A DNA stretch of 64,000 nucleotides from Octopus vulgaris (lineage: Eukaryota). The translations under genes were made by a program, and so were the position numbers. This document shows, piece by piece, positions 63,732 through 64,000 of the stretch (within the stretch, counting starts at the first letter, position 1; each line of letters opens with the position of its first letter). The notes beneath the pieces were generated by a model that saw nothing but the letters and a program-made list of their open reading frames with translations, was not told the origin of the DNA and searched no databases. Location of the stretch: contig OX597816.1 of NCBI GenBank assembly GCA_951406725.2, positions 142,538,001 through 142,602,000 of the forward strand, read 5' to 3'.

Positions 63732-64000
63732 TAAAAGAAAATTGACCTCTTGAACTGTCATCGATTTCAACCATTCCAGATAGCATGACAACTGACCCAA
63801 AAATATCATGCAATTTCAACCATCTCAGAAAAAGACCCCTTTCTCTTTCTTTTTTTCCCTACCTCTATGCAAGCTTCCAAAAGTTCACCATACACATATA
63901 CATACACACACATAAATATATACACAGACCTATAGATTTAAAATAACAAAGAACATTCTCTTCCCAATTCAACTCCAGATGTTTTTCAACTAACTCACAT

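Overview
AT-rich, repeat-dense eukaryotic DNA, most likely an octopus (cephalopod), judging from the tRNA-derived SINE families and microsatellites. The only recognisable host gene is cyclophilin B (PPIB), present twice, head-to-head. A complete 5-exon, 212-aa copy lies on + (16433-27229). A mirror copy lies on - (exons 1-4 at 10489-167; exon 5 would fall left of the window). The two copies are the arms of a giant inverted duplication, with position 1 mirroring ~26563. The palindrome appears to have a ~3 kb spacer, but left-arm homology resumes at 14401 after a CR1-group LINE-containing insertion (11845-14400). The true apex is therefore a perfect 54-bp inverted repeat around an 82-bp loop (14541-14730). 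The arms differ by only 2 coding substitutions but by many TE insertions and indels. The remainder (27.3-64 kb) is non-coding and full of TE relics (CR1-group, RTE and R4/Dong LINEs, mariner, Merlin, hAT and piggyBac MITEs, SINEs) and several nested fold-back palindromes. All alignments and translations were done by eye; TE family names come from motif recognition, not database searches.
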